From: Octopus bimaculoides
Lineage: Eukaryota
Direction of reading: 5' to 3'
Length of the DNA: 53,236 bases
Assembly: GCF_001194135.2 (NCBI RefSeq)
Contig: NC_068987.1
Coordinates: forward strand, 97,206,386 to 97,259,621
The position numbers were made by a program, and so were the translations under genes. The notes beneath the pieces are model-generated. The model was not told the DNA's origin and searched no databases. It saw nothing but the letters and a program-made list of their open reading frames with translations. Positions 36,700 to 49,100 of this stretch are shown here, piece by piece (position 1 is the first letter of the stretch; each line of letters starts with the position of its first letter).

Positions 36700-37990
36700 T
36701 ACATATTTTTATCTTTTTCTGGGGCGCTGCTTTGAAAGGATATGAATAGAAAAAATCGCCTGCAGTAGTTATTTTTTTAAAAGCCTGGTACTTATTCTAT
36801 TGGGTTCTTGCGTCGAACCGCTAGGTGGCAGGAATGTACACAAACCACCACCGGTTGTCAAGCAGGAACGATGGGACAAATGCAGGCAAAAAGACATGAA
36901 CTCACACGCGCACACATCCACACATAAACACACATACATACACACACATACACACACATACACGCACACGCACGAATACACATACATATATACACGCACA
37001 CGTACACACAAACTTACACACATGCATATATATGTACATACGACGAGCTTCAACACAGTTTTCGTTTACCAATTACATTCACAAAGCAGGCTCAGTCCCA
37101 TTGCGTGACACCTTGGGCAAGTGTCTTCTATAGCCTCGAGTCGACCAAAGCCTCGTGAGTGAATTTGGTAGACGGAAACTGAAAGAAGCCCATATATATG
37201 AGAGGTATTGGTATCTAGAAAACCCAAAGAGTAGCAGGTAACGCTAAGTGCTATGGACAGACCGTAGTTAAACTCTTGGTTCGATAGTGATACGAGTGAG
37301 GAGTCTAATGTGGGTCTTTTATTTGCATGCATATATATTAGACAAAATGAGATAACAAAGCCAAGGCTGTGAGGAGTTTTCGGGACATTTATAAGGAAAA
37401 AGATATGGACATCCCTTCATCAGAGACGATGTGAAATGGTCTTTATATATTTTATATTTTTATTTCTACTTTCATTCTCCTATTTCCCTCTATATTCTCC
37501 ATGTCCACCTTTTCCATAATAATTCCTTATTTCGAACTCAAATATTTACCTCTATATAACCATCTTACATCGTCTCTAAAGAAGAGGTATCCATAATATC
37601 CCAGAAACAGCTATCTATATCTATATCTATATCTTTATCTTTTTCCTTATAAATGTCCTGAAAACTCCTCACACCCTTGGCTTTGTTATCTCATTTTGTC
37701 TAATATACACATACATACATACATACATGCATACATATATATGTATGTATGTATGTATGTCTGTTTGTGTGTGTGTGTTTGTGTGTCTGTGTTTGTCCCC
37801 CCGCCATCACTTGACAACCGATGTTGGTGTGTTTATGTTCCCGTAATATAGTGGTTCGGCAAAAAAGGCCGATAGAATAAGTACTACGCTTACAAAGAAT
37901 TAGTCCTGGGGTCGATTTGTTCGACTAAAGGTGCTGCTCCAGCATCGCCGCAGTCAAATGACTGCAACGCGTAAAAGAGTAAAAGCGTAA
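36700..37990. mobile_element. Cluster of CORE-like SINE parts (minus tail 36700-36900; plus head 37100-37195 and plus tail 37755-37990 split by the Penelope-like insertion)
   Basis: Family motifs occur at these positions. The plus-strand head and tail flank a microsatellite that contains 37333-37706. Confidence 0.6.
37333..37706. mobile_element. Inverted pair of Penelope-like repeats (third family) inserted in a TA-rich microsatellite
   Basis: 37333-37405 is the reverse complement of 37636-37706 at about 97% identity. A further imperfect arm pairs 37406-37439 with 37560-37592. The left arm on the minus strand has acatcgtct-CTGATGA-a-GGGAT; the right arm has decayed CTAAAGA...TATCCC-a-GAAACAGCT. 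Confidence 0.6.
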
Positions 37991-38018
37991 AAGCGATATT
38001 TCTTGCAATATATACCAA

Positions 38019-38407
38019 TTGTTGTTGTTGGCACTCCGTCGCATACGATGTCGAGGGTTCCAATTGATCCGATCAACGGAACAGCCTGCTCGTAAAATTA
38101 ACGTGCAAGTGGCTGAGCACTCCACAGACACGTGTACCCTTAACGTAATTCTCGGGGATATTCAGCGTGACACAGTATGACAAGGCTGGCCCTTTGAATT
38201 ACAGGCACAACAGAAACAGGAAGAAAGAGTGAGAGAAAGTTGTGGTGAAAGAGTACAGCAGGGTTCGCCACCATCCCCCACCGGAGCCTCGTGGAGCTTT
38301 AGGTGTTTTCGCTCACTAAAAACTCACAACGTCCGGTCTGGGAATCGAAACCGCGATCCTATGACTGCAAGTCCGCTGCCCAAACCACTGGGCAATTGCG
38401 CCTCCAC
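38019..38407 (-). mobile_element. Full-length tRNA-derived SINE, third family, with (CAA)n tail
   Basis: Reverse complement of 17652-18010 plus 3' end ...gacggagtgccaacaacaac. Confidence 0.85.
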
Positions 38408-38439
38408 ACATACCAATACATACATCTGATAAAGCAAAT

Positions 38440-38559
38440 TTTTTCAGGAGTCTTTAAAATACTATTGTGGATTCTCAATTTACTATTTTGTTGCATGGAA
38501 CCCCCAAATATCTTATATGGACGTTCAGGGGCCACATGGACACCGTTTGAAAACCACTG
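38440..38559 (-). mobile_element. Partial copy of the Charlie-like MITE
   Basis: Reverse complement reads cagtggttttcaaac...gtccatataagatatttgggggttccatgcaacaaaatagtaaattg, matching the 16045-16089 plus 16521-16560 junction. Confidence 0.6.
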
Positions 38560-39963
38560 GTCTAGGAAAACCAGGGAAAAAAATACAGAAGGCGAGTCAA
38601 GTTGAGCTGACGCGAATTAAGGTGGGTTTAATGTAAAGATTATAATAAGAAATACTAAGTGTTATTTTCGCTGTGTGAGGTTATCACTAGAAAGAAACCT
38701 GCCACGAGCTTCAGTGTAATAGGAGAAGTTTAAATAGACGCAGCTGAGTATTGACGATTGTAACCTCAAGGACACCTACCCACCACCACCACCACCACCA
38801 CTACCACCACCACTATTAACACCCTAATTAAGCATTGTTTTTCTTTGTTTACAGTTCATGTTAAATGAAATGTTTTCTGATAGTTGCTAGACTGCGTTTA
38901 AAGCTGGCCCAGAGAGATTAAGTTATATTGTTGTTGAGGTCGTTGTTGGTTATACACAAACATGTACTACACACACACACACACACACGTACACGCACAG
39001 GCACACACACAGGCACACATACACTCGCGCATGTACCGACTCAAGTGCATGGTAACAGTCAGTGCATTAAAAAACAACAGAGAAAAAGCAAACGATTCGG
39101 CAACAGGTCGGAGGGATACGGGATGGATGGAGGGAGCGGAATATAGCTTAGGTCAAGCGACGGATGCTATTGGTGGGATGCTAACGTGCGTGGAACAAGG
39201 ATGTACTCTTACATGTTGTTAACCCTCATTGTCATCACTGACGTTGTCGTCATCACAGCCGTCATCATCATCATCATCATCATCACTATTACCACCACCA
39301 CCACCACCACCACCACCACCCTCATCGTCGTCATCGTCACCGTCATCGTCATCCTTTGCTGTATATATGTCGGAAAATACAAATGTTTATAGAAACTGTT
39401 ATAGATATANNNNNNNNNNNNNNNNNNNNNNNNNNNNNNNNNNNNNNNNNNNNNNNNNNNNNNNNNNNNNNNNNNNNNNNNNNNNNNNNNNNNNNNNNNN
39501 NNNNNNNNNNNNNNNNNNNNNNNNNNNNNNNNNNNNNNNNNNNNNNNNNNNNNNNNNNNNNNNNNNNNNNNNNNNNNNNNNNNNNNNNNNNNNNNNNNNN
39601 NNNNNNNNNNNNNNNNNNNNNNNNNNNNNNNNNNNNNNNNNNNNNNNNNNNNNNNNNNNNNNNNNNNNNNNNNNNNNNNNNNNNNNNNNNNNNNNNNNNN
39701 NNNNNNNNNNNNNNNNNNNNNNNNNNNNNNNNNNNNNNNNNNNNNNNNNNNNNNNNNNNNNNNNNNNNNNNNNNNNNNNNNNNNNNNNNNNNNNNNNNNN
39801 NNNNNNNNNNNNNNNNNNNNNNNNNNNNNNNNNNNNNNNNNNNNNNNNNNNNNNNNNNNNNNNNNNNNNNNNNNNNNNNNNNNNNNNNNNNNNNNNNNNN
39901 NNNNNNNNNNNNNNNNNNNNNNNNNNNNNNNNNNNNNNNNNNNNNNNNNNNNNNNNNNNNNNN

Positions 39964-40452
39964 AAGTTTATTTTATTAGTTCCTACGTACGTTTAGCCAA
40001 TATGGTTGCTTGGAACCCGGCATCGAATGCTTAAACTGCATTGCGATGCTTAACCAGAACAAATCAACAAGAAATATGTTATTGCATTAAATTCCAGAGA
40101 ACTAAAGTCAGGAGTTCGGTAGATGGTGAGGCATTCTATAACTATTTTCATAGGGAAATACAAAGGAAACCATTAGTAGAGAAAGGTAAAAAAAAATGAA
40201 CTAAAAAACAAGAGGCTGGGAGAGTGAAAGAGAAACGTAGAAAGAAAGATTGGAAATAGAAAGAAAGAAGGAGACAAAAAAGAAAAGAAAAGAAGACAAA
40301 GAACTCTTGAGATTAGTCTTCTGTAATTTAACGCAAAAAAAGTTTTCCCTTTCGATCTGTTCTGGTTAAGCATCCAAATGCATTTGAAACATCCGTTGCA
40401 GGGTTCCAAGCAACCATAACGGTGAAACGTACGTAGGAACTAATAATAATAA
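39964..40452. mobile_element. Foldback/MITE with ~140-bp imperfect inverted arms
   Basis: 39964-40110 (tattagttcctacgtacgttt...atggttgcttggaaccc...gatgcttaaccagaaca) is the reverse complement of about 40313-40452 at roughly 80% identity by eye. Confidence 0.7.
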
Positions 40453-40649
40453 CTTGTGCTTATTATAATTTCTGCAATATTTGTTCTGTATTTATACAAC
40501 TACTATACTTTCTTAGTATAGCAGTTACGTAATCACTACACTTATCTATGATAATCTGTGGAGTGTCCTAAACACAACAGAAGTCGTGCACCCAACGTAT
40601 ACAATATACATGCATGTGTGTGTATTACTTCTATTGAACAGACTATCGC

Positions 40650-41690
40650 AGATAGATCCAAGGCTCCTTCATTGGAATTTCAACATCAATTTTTATGTTT
40701 CAACATCAACAACAGGGTATTTTTGTTTGCTTGCTTGTATGTATGTATGTATGTATGTATGTATGTATGTATGTATGTATGTATGTATGTATGTATCTGC
40801 AGATTTCTATGTTTTATGTCTGTATTCTCATGCATATAGTTGCATATAGTTTTACAAATTTTTACAGTTCCAGTGATGCATTGGATCTGTAGTCTTCGAA
40901 TTAGCTTTCTCCTTTCTGGTTTTGAGGAGCCTAATTTCTCAGGATTAGTATTTAGGCAGTGTGTTACATATCCCAGGGCCCCAATAATTACAGGTATAAA
41001 TCTGAACTTGTAATCTGGATAGAGTAACTGCAGATTTATCAGTAGTCCGGCATAGGTATTCTCTTTTTCACTGATCTTCCGTTTTGTGTTAACATCATTT
41101 TCTACAACCGTGCACAGTTTCTCTTCTGTATCCCAAATCATTACATAAGGTCTGCTTACATTTTATTGAGGTCTTCACTGGTACATTCCACCAGTATTCC
41201 TTTTTACTATGAGTGGCTATAGCTTCTACTATATTGTGGGTTCTTATTTCTTTGCCCTCGGGATTATCCTTCCGACGGATTTCATTACAGAGTGTCCTAG
41301 CTACAAAATCATGTCTCATCGGTAGATAGTACCGTGATGACATTTTCGGACAACTGCTTATGATGTGGGTGATCTCTTCAGTGTGAACGCCACAAAGTCT
41401 GCATCGTTTGTCACATTTTACTGCTTTTCCTGAATCTCTGTCCCTTTTGTGCTTCAGGTATTTGGTTGATATTTCCGGTTCCTGGATTGCAAGCGCATAC
41501 CCTTCAAAGTAGGAGGTAGTAATCCGGCTATTGGTCCATAATAAACTGCTTTGATGATCGATTTTACTATCATCACGGAGCTTTCTATTAACATATCCAT
41601 GCATAATCATTTGCTCATATAGGCTCATTCCTTCATCTGATGATACGTTGCAGTAGAGTTGTGTGACTTCTTTGGGCATGTTTTCTAGGA
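40650..41690 (-). mobile_element. 5'-truncated RLE-type LINE (R4/Dong-like), C-terminal CCHC plus restriction-like endonuclease, frameshifted
   Basis: ORFs 41095-41715 and 40686-41141 give FEGYALAIQE...CRLCGVHTEEITHIISSC...RHDFVA...WWNVPVKT then IWD...VVE...KISEKENTY...IPVIIGALG. The KPD-type motif region is deleted. Confidence 0.85.
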
Positions 41691-41729
41691 TGTATGTATG
41701 TACGTACGTATGCATGTATGTAGTATGTA

Positions 41730-42050
41730 TGTCATTATATAGCTTTATTTCAAGATTTCTTTCCAGTTGAGAAAGAGCCGGTTTCTAACTTAGATCCAAG
41801 GTTTCTTCATTGGAATTTCAACGTGAGTAGGGTATTTTTGTATGTATGTGTGTACTTGTGCAGTATTTTGAGTCAGTGCATGTGCAGATTTGTATGTATT
41901 ATGTATGTATTCTCATGCATATAGTTGCATGTCTAGACATGCACACACTGTCTTAACTACTAAGCTTGTGAAAAGTTTTACAAACTTTTACAGTTCCGGT
42001 GATGATTTCAATCTGTAATCTTTTGATTAACTTTCTTCTTTGTCTGTCTG
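41730..42050 (-). mobile_element. Second, shorter copy of the same RLE-LINE 3' end in tandem
   Basis: Shares tagatccaagg.t.cttcattggaatttcaac, tattctcatgcatatagttgcat and tttacaaa.ttttacagttcc with 40650-40930. Ends on the minus strand in AATAAA followed by (ATAC)n-like repeats. Confidence 0.75.
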
Positions 42051-42319
42051 ATTGTCTGTCTATATGTATGTATTCATGTGTGTGTGTGTGTGTATGTGTG
42101 TGTACCTATACAGATAAGATAAGCTAGTCCATGTCAGAATGCAGGTGTTCTATTTTTAGACAGATAACTATATTGTATTTTGTTTGAGTGTTTATATTTA
42201 TGAATGGAAGACGATTTAAACCTGTGAATGTGTTAATGCCTGAGCGAATATGTGCGTTTGTAACTATGTAATAACATCTAAGTTTGTATGATATTTTGTA
42301 TGATTGCAACTGAAGATAA

Positions 42320-43139
42320 GGATCTTTTTTAAAACGGGGGTCACATTTTTCATTAATGTTTTACGTAGTGTTTTTGATACCGAAAGACTTTCAAACTTCG
42401 TATACTTATCTATTTTGTGTTATAGAACAGAAAAATATTTTTGTATTCGAATTTATTTCATGTAAAAAATTGTCTTATTTCGATAATTTCAACCAATCAC
42501 TGACAAGTATTCAGTTGTTTATATTTACTCCTTTGGCTGATTAAGCCATAGCTTCGTTTTATTTGCTTTTTTCATTTTAAATTTGCTTTTTTCATTTTCT
42601 TTTTTTTTCTTCGTTTTATTTGCTTTTTTCTTTTTAAATTTGCTGTTTTACCCTAACCCTAACCCTAACCCTAACCCTATCACCGATAGAATTGTTTCAG
42701 AATCGTTTGTTTATGTAGTCGGCACTNNNNNNNNNNACTCCTTTGGCTGATTAAGCCATAGCTTCGTTTTATTTGCTTTTTTCATTTTAAATTTGCTTTT
42801 TTCATTTTCTTTTTTTTTCTTCGTTTTATTTGCTTTTTTCTTTTTAAATTTGCTGTTTTACCCTAACCCTAACCCTAACCCTAACCCTATCACCGATAGA
42901 ATTGTTTCAGAATCGTTTGTTTATGTAGTCGGCACTTAATGTATATCGGCTGAATGGACGTCAGTGATTGGTTGAAATTACAGAAATACGACAACTTTAA
43001 CATGGAATAACTTAAGGATTTCTTTTTTTTTTAAGAAGACTAAGAGAAAAAGATGTTTTATATGACACATTCTACCAGTGCTCCAAGTTTCAAAGTGTTT
43101 CGTTAATGAAAAATGTGGCCCCCGTTTTAAAAAAGATCC
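42320..43139. mobile_element. Non-autonomous DNA transposon with 37-bp TIRs starting GG and an 8-bp TSD (Merlin-like)
   Basis: TIRs at 42320-42356 and 43103-43139 differ by one mismatch. Perfect TSD gaagataa at 42312-42319 and 43140-43147. Inner inverted repeat aatttcaaccaatcactgac / gtcagtgattggttgaaatt; internal (CCCTAA)n. Confidence 0.8.
42527..42936. other. Identical ~200-bp duplication on both sides of a 10-N gap (probable assembly overlap artefact)
   Basis: 42527-42726 equals 42737-42936, separated by exactly 10 N. The same pattern occurs at 50737-50826. Confidence 0.8.
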
Positions 43140-43239
43140 GAAGATAATTCTATAAATATGTACACAGAAAACATTTTATGCTGCCAACAAATGCACTGGG
43201 AGTTCAAATCTACTAAGGGCAGAATTGTTTTATCGTCAT

Positions 43240-43473
43240 CCTTTCCTTTTTCGCAGTCATATGACTGCTTGAACACTGCATTTAAGGGGCTTTTGTCGAA
43301 CAAATCGATCCCGTATCTAGTTTTTGCTTTCTATTTTCTAAGTCTGGCACTTATTATATCAGTCCATTTCGGTGAACTGGTAAGTTGTGGGGACATAAAC
43401 AAGGCAACACCGGTTTTCAAGTGGTTGGGCGGGCAAACACACGCATATACACACATACACATATGTATGTGTG

Positions 43474-43519
<46 letters not shown>

Positions 43520-44279
43520 TGTATGTATGTATGTATGTATGTATATATATATATATATATNNNNNNNNNNNNNNNNNNNNNNNNNNNNNNNNNNNNNNNN
43601 NNNNNNNNNNNNNNNNNNNNNNNNNNNNNNNNNNNNNNNNNNNNNNNNNNNNNNNNNNNNNNNNNNNNNNNNNNNNNNNNNNNNNNNNNNNNNNNNNNNN
43701 NNNNNNNNNNNNNNNNNNNNNNNNNNNNNNNNNNNNNNNNNNNNNNNNNNNNNNNNNNNNNNNNNNNNNNNNNNNNNNNNNNNNNNNNNNNNNNNNNNNN
43801 NNNNNNNNNNNNNNNNNNNNNNNNNNNNNNNNNNNNNNNNNNNNNNNNNNNNNNNNNNNNNNNNNNNNNNNNNNNNNNNNNNNNNNNNNNNNNNNNNNNN
43901 NNNNNNNNNNNNNNNNNNNNNNNNNNNNNNNNNNNNNNNNNNNNNNNNNNNNNNNNNNNNNNNNNNNNNNNNNNNNNNNNNNNNNNNNNNNNNNNNNNNN
44001 NNNNNNNNNNNNNNNNNNNNNNNNNNNNNNNNNNNNNNNNNNNNNNNNNNNNNNNNNNNNNNNNNNNNNNNNNNNNNNNNNNNNNNNNNNNNNNNNNNNN
44101 NNNNNNNNNNNNNNNNNNNNNNNNNGTGATTGTGTCTGTGTTTGTGTTTCAGTAATCTAGTGGTTTGGCAAAAGAGACCGATAAAATAAGTACTCGGCTT
44201 AAAATAAGTCCTGCGGTCGATTTGTTCGACTAAAACCCATGGCCGCTGTCAAATGACTGAAACAAGCAAAAGATAAAAG

Positions 44280-44280
<1 letters not shown>
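43240..44280. mobile_element. Two oppositely oriented CORE-like SINE tails flanking a gap
   Basis: Minus tail 43240-43445; plus tail 44126-44280. Confidence 0.6.
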
Positions 44281-44317
<37 letters not shown>

Positions 44318-45097
44318 ATGTATTCATGCATATATATTATACCTAAATACACACGCGTGCACACATATAAATCACATACACGTATTTATTTGTCTAGCTG
44401 TGAACATCGTATTGTTTTCACACAATCAGCGTTTTCCCCGAAGTTCGTCAAAAGCTTTCAGCTGGAGCAAACAGTTCTTGCACGATAACAACAATAAAAA
44501 CACCAACAACAATAATTAAAAAATGCCAAGAGCATCGGCAGCTGCAACAGCGTGAACACATCATCATGAAGAAGAAAGAAGAACAGCAAAAACTAGAGCA
44601 ACAAATACAGCGTGAGATTGCAGTTAATTTTGTGATTGTTCTCATAAGAGGTAGATCACATTTTTCTACACAGCGTATTTCACCTTCTTGACATGTACTA
44701 AATTAATTAACAAGCTCTTCACTGAACCTAACCACTAACTAACTACAGCATGGAGTTATACATACATAAGTACACACACATGCACATACATACGTTCACA
44801 TATACTTACAGACACACGCGCACACAGACACACGCGCACACAGACACACACGCGCGCGGGCATGGTTTTATAATTAAGATTTATAGCTTTACAACCACGT
44901 AATTTGGGGTCCAGTCTCACTACGATGTTCCCTGGCATGTGTCTTCTACTATTGCCTCGGACTGACTAATGCTGTGTGAGTGAATATAGGTTGACGAAAA
45001 CCGTCTGGGAGTCCGTCGTCTATCTATCTATCTATCTATCTATCTAACTATCTTTTTGCGATGTTTTTTTTCATCGTTGTCCCCACTNNNNNNNNNN

Positions 45098-45174
<77 letters not shown>

Positions 45175-45175
<1 letters not shown>

Positions 45176-45393
45176 GCGCAGGAGTGGCTGTGTGGTAAGT
45201 AACTTGCTTACCAACCACATCGTTCCGGATTCAGTCCCACTGCGGGTTACCTTGGACAAGTGTCTTCTACTATAGCCTTGGGCCGACCAAAGCCGTGTGA
45301 GTGGATTTGGTAGACGGAAAATGAAAGAAGCCCGTCGTATACATACATACATACATACATACATACATACATACATACATACATACATAGTAT
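45175..45393 (+). mobile_element. CORE-like SINE head followed by (TACA)n and a gap
   Basis: gcgcaggagtggctgtgtggtaag...ggattcagtcccactgcg...accttggacaagtgtcttctactatagcc...gaaagaagcccgtcgtata. Confidence 0.75.
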
Positions 45394-46076
45394 ANNNNNN
45401 NNNNNNNNNNNNNNNNNNNNNNNNNNNNNNNNNNNNNNNNNNNNNNNNNNNNNNNNNNNNNNNNNNNNNNNNNNNNNNNNNNNNNNNNNNNNNNNNNNNN
45501 NNNNNNNNNNNNNNNNNNNNNNNNNNNNNNNNNNNNNNNNNNNNNNNNNNNNNNNNNNNNNNNNNNNNNNNNNNNNNNNNNNNNNNNNNNNNNNNNNNNN
45601 NNNNNNNNNNNNNNNNNNNNNNNNNNNNNNNNNNNNNNNNNNNNNNNNNNNNNNNNNNNNNNNNNNNNNNNNNNNNNNNNNNNNNNNNNNNNNNNNNNNN
45701 NNNNNNNNNNNNNNNNNNNNNNNNNNNNNNNNNNNNNNNNNNNNNNNNNNNNNNNNNNNNNNNNNNNNNNNNNNNNNNNNNNNNNNNNNNNNNNNNNNNN
45801 NNNNNNNNNNNNNNNNNNNNNNNNNNNNNNNNNNNNNNNNNNNNNNNNNNNNNNNNNNNNNNNNNNNNNNNNNNNNNNNNNNNNNNNNNNNNNNNNNNNN
45901 NNNNNNNNNNNNNNNNNNNNNNNNNNNNNNNNNNNNNNNNNNNNNNNNNNNNNNNNNNNNNNNNNNNNNNNNNNNNNNNNNNNNNTATATGTGTGTGTGT
46001 ATGTATATATGTATATTTATCTATCTATCTATATACATATGTGTGTGTGTTTTTAAGTATGTATGTATATATGTGC

Positions 46077-46120
<44 letters not shown>

Positions 46121-49100
46121 TGGGGTCGATGCACTCGACTTAACCCCTGTCCCCAAATTTCAAGCCTTGTGGTTATAATAGAAAAGAATATTTAGTATTG
46201 GAATGATTCTCAGAGGCCAATTCTTTCTCGCACATCCGTTATTGTCGTATTGTCGTATCAGCAACAACAAAAAGAATTTCAACGTGGGATAAATGTTAAT
46301 ATGTGCAACAATATCTCACAGTTTGCTGGTGTCACTATTGTTTATTTAGCCTCAAGTCAATATTGGTTGACCTAGTCTATGATGAAAGATAATCCAGCTG
46401 AGATCTTCTCGTTTTAAGGCATAGTGTTCTCGGGTTATATTATTTAGTGTGTTCGTTTCATTTCAAGATGTTAAGGTATAATTTGAGTGCAATGTGTCTG
46501 CTGCTTCTAGCAAGTCTAGCGACCACGTAATGTTTGTCTAGTTGATCCAATGTTCCCTGGTGGTCATAGTCTTTAGCCCCAGTCCAACCCTGATGGAACA
46601 GATCAATGATGAAAGCGGAGTGTTTGCATGTGTTTCTATGTGTGCGTCTAGGACTGCATTATCTGCCGTACCCTTCCTATTTTAAAGATAGTGCTTGTGT
46701 GATTTCAGAGCGATTTAACTGCGGTTTCTACGCCATTGAGAAACCACGATGTGTGTGTGTGTTCGTGTGTATGTGCGTATGTGTGTGCGAGTGTGTGTGT
46801 ATGTGTATGTGTGTGTGTGTGTCCGCGTGCTAAACTTTATACGATCATTGAAGATAAAAACCTATCCTATATGATTTAATTTTCAACCACTGTAAAACGT
46901 GTCTATTATTTATAGAGCTCTGCTTTGATCATGATTCCGTAGAATAATTAACCTAATTAATTATTTTTATAAGGTAACTGATCAGTAGTATTGATAGTGA
47001 TAAACCTCAGTAGCTTATTATTATTGTTTTAAATATGCTAATTTTTCTTAGCTATTGACATACAATATTACACATCTACTCAGGGATTCTCTCGGTATTA
47101 CTATGTCTAGTACAGTAAAATCTGTGCTTCGCTGAGGAGATCTAATAGCATCGAAGCATGTCTGGAGTTGACTCCCTTAGTTTCGGAAGTTATGAAAATA
47201 TTATGAATATTTTATTTAACGTTGCATTTTCCTCGTGGTACGAGTGATACTATTACATAATGTTAACACTTAATTATAGAGAAAATGTGTGTGTTTGATT
47301 GTGTCAGTGTTCTGTTGTTATGTAAAAGTATATTTGAACAAACTTTACAGTCTATCTTACGATGGTGTCGCACAGTTTTCTCGGAATCAATAGAATAAAC
47401 ATGAACATAGTTGTAATCCTAAAATAGATATGTGTACTGCTTTTGTTAAATATGTGTACTGTTGTTAGAATTAAAATAATTGCTATAGTTCACTATTGCT
47501 TCACAAGCATATTACTGTAATCGACAGAGTTAAGAGTAGGACTGTTATTCTTATTCAATAAATTCATTATCAATTATTAATAATCTGATCTTTGGAACTG
47601 CTAAATCTGTCCGATATTTTCTCATTATCTTCCTGAACTATCATTGAATTGTGTTCGCATGCTGCTTTGTACTATCATATCAAACTATCTATATGTACGA
47701 GAAAATTTATGAACTTATCTCGGGTCGCGCATTGAACTTCGTCGGTAAATCAGTATCCGTATATAAGTTAACATTGTGGAATCAGTCAACTTGCCGCGAG
47801 GAACAGAAAAAAATATGACGTTTTGGATGAATAGTTCTTTCTCATAGCAAAATTTTTATGTTTCCTATTTATTAATGATAACCATCAATCTTAACCTCGG
47901 GTTAATATCTAAATTTACTTCTGAAATATTGCAAATTACCAGTTTAAGCCACAAATACTGGGTACATATCCTGTGCTTTTTAATGATCTCATGAGATAAG
48001 CAAAAATAACAGAACTCTACTTGTAGAGACCTGAGCTAGTATGGCAGTTTGTACCAGGCCACTTAACATGTTAGAAATAGCAGCTAAATCTCTCTCAAAC
48101 AACACTGCACTACTTTACAAAAAGAAGAAGGGAGACATTCAATAATGTAAGGTAAATGGGTTTCCGTCAGTGTCGATGGTGTGCGTTCTAGTTGTCTGAT
48201 GATTTGATCAACCAATTCATTTAATCATGGTGTAAAATAGGTGAATGTTGTGCAACCACACGCACCCTTAGCGTAAACCGTAATGAAGGATCAGGGTGGA
48301 GTTATGAATTAGATACTCAATTTGTTCTACAGGCTTTCACACAATTTTGATTCATTCAGTTTCATTCACTAGGCTGACCTCAGGCTGACCTCAGGCTGAC
48401 CTCAGGATAAGGTTGCTCCAGGATGCCAGGCATCTGGATTGAATGTAATATCGTCGATTGCGAAGCGAACCTTTCAACTATCTAGCTATGTCTACATACA
48501 TACTTTTATTTTGATAAAAGATAGGATGGTTGCAGATTTAACGGCTTTGATAATCGGTCTGCTCAATCAGGGTTGACCTTGTTCTAAAAAAAAAAATCAA
48601 GAAAAAAAACCTTCCAAAACAAAAACAAAATAATAACAACTCGGGTATCTCAAAGAGATACTAAATTATATTTGATTTTAGCGCCAGATTAAGAGATCCA
48701 TGAAATGGTGTCAATCTTAGGCTGAGGAACCAGTTGGTAGATACTTACGCCAGGTTAAAGTTTCAGGGAAGGTTTAAAGCAAAACCTCTGTCAGGAGACG
48801 ATATTTGCATTGAGAGAAAATATTTAAATCTGTGAGTAATCTTAGGTATTCTGCACACATCGGTCTGTGTGTACCTTTCAAAGTAGGACAAACACTGTGT
48901 AATATGTGTTTGTATACATGTATGCGTGTGCATATATATATATATATATGTATATGTACATACACACACACACACACATATAATGTATAGTTGTGTATTT
49001 TGAGATCTATGGCCCTTGTCCATGTGCGTGTTTTTTAGCGGATCTGTGTGAACATGTCGGCATATCTGTGTATGTGTATGTGTGTGTATATTTGTATCCA

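Noticed and set aside
42650-42680. Telomere or chromosome-fusion site
   Set aside because: Only about four CCCTAA units, lying inside a TIR/TSD-bounded transposon.
42527-42936. Biological tandem duplication
   Set aside because: Exact identity across a 10-N gap indicates unmerged overlapping contig ends. The same applies at 50737-50826.
48749-48787. Minus-strand AG...GGC|GTAAGT 39-nt exon candidate
   Set aside because: Stops in all three frames. It could only be a non-coding exon, and there is no evidence for that.
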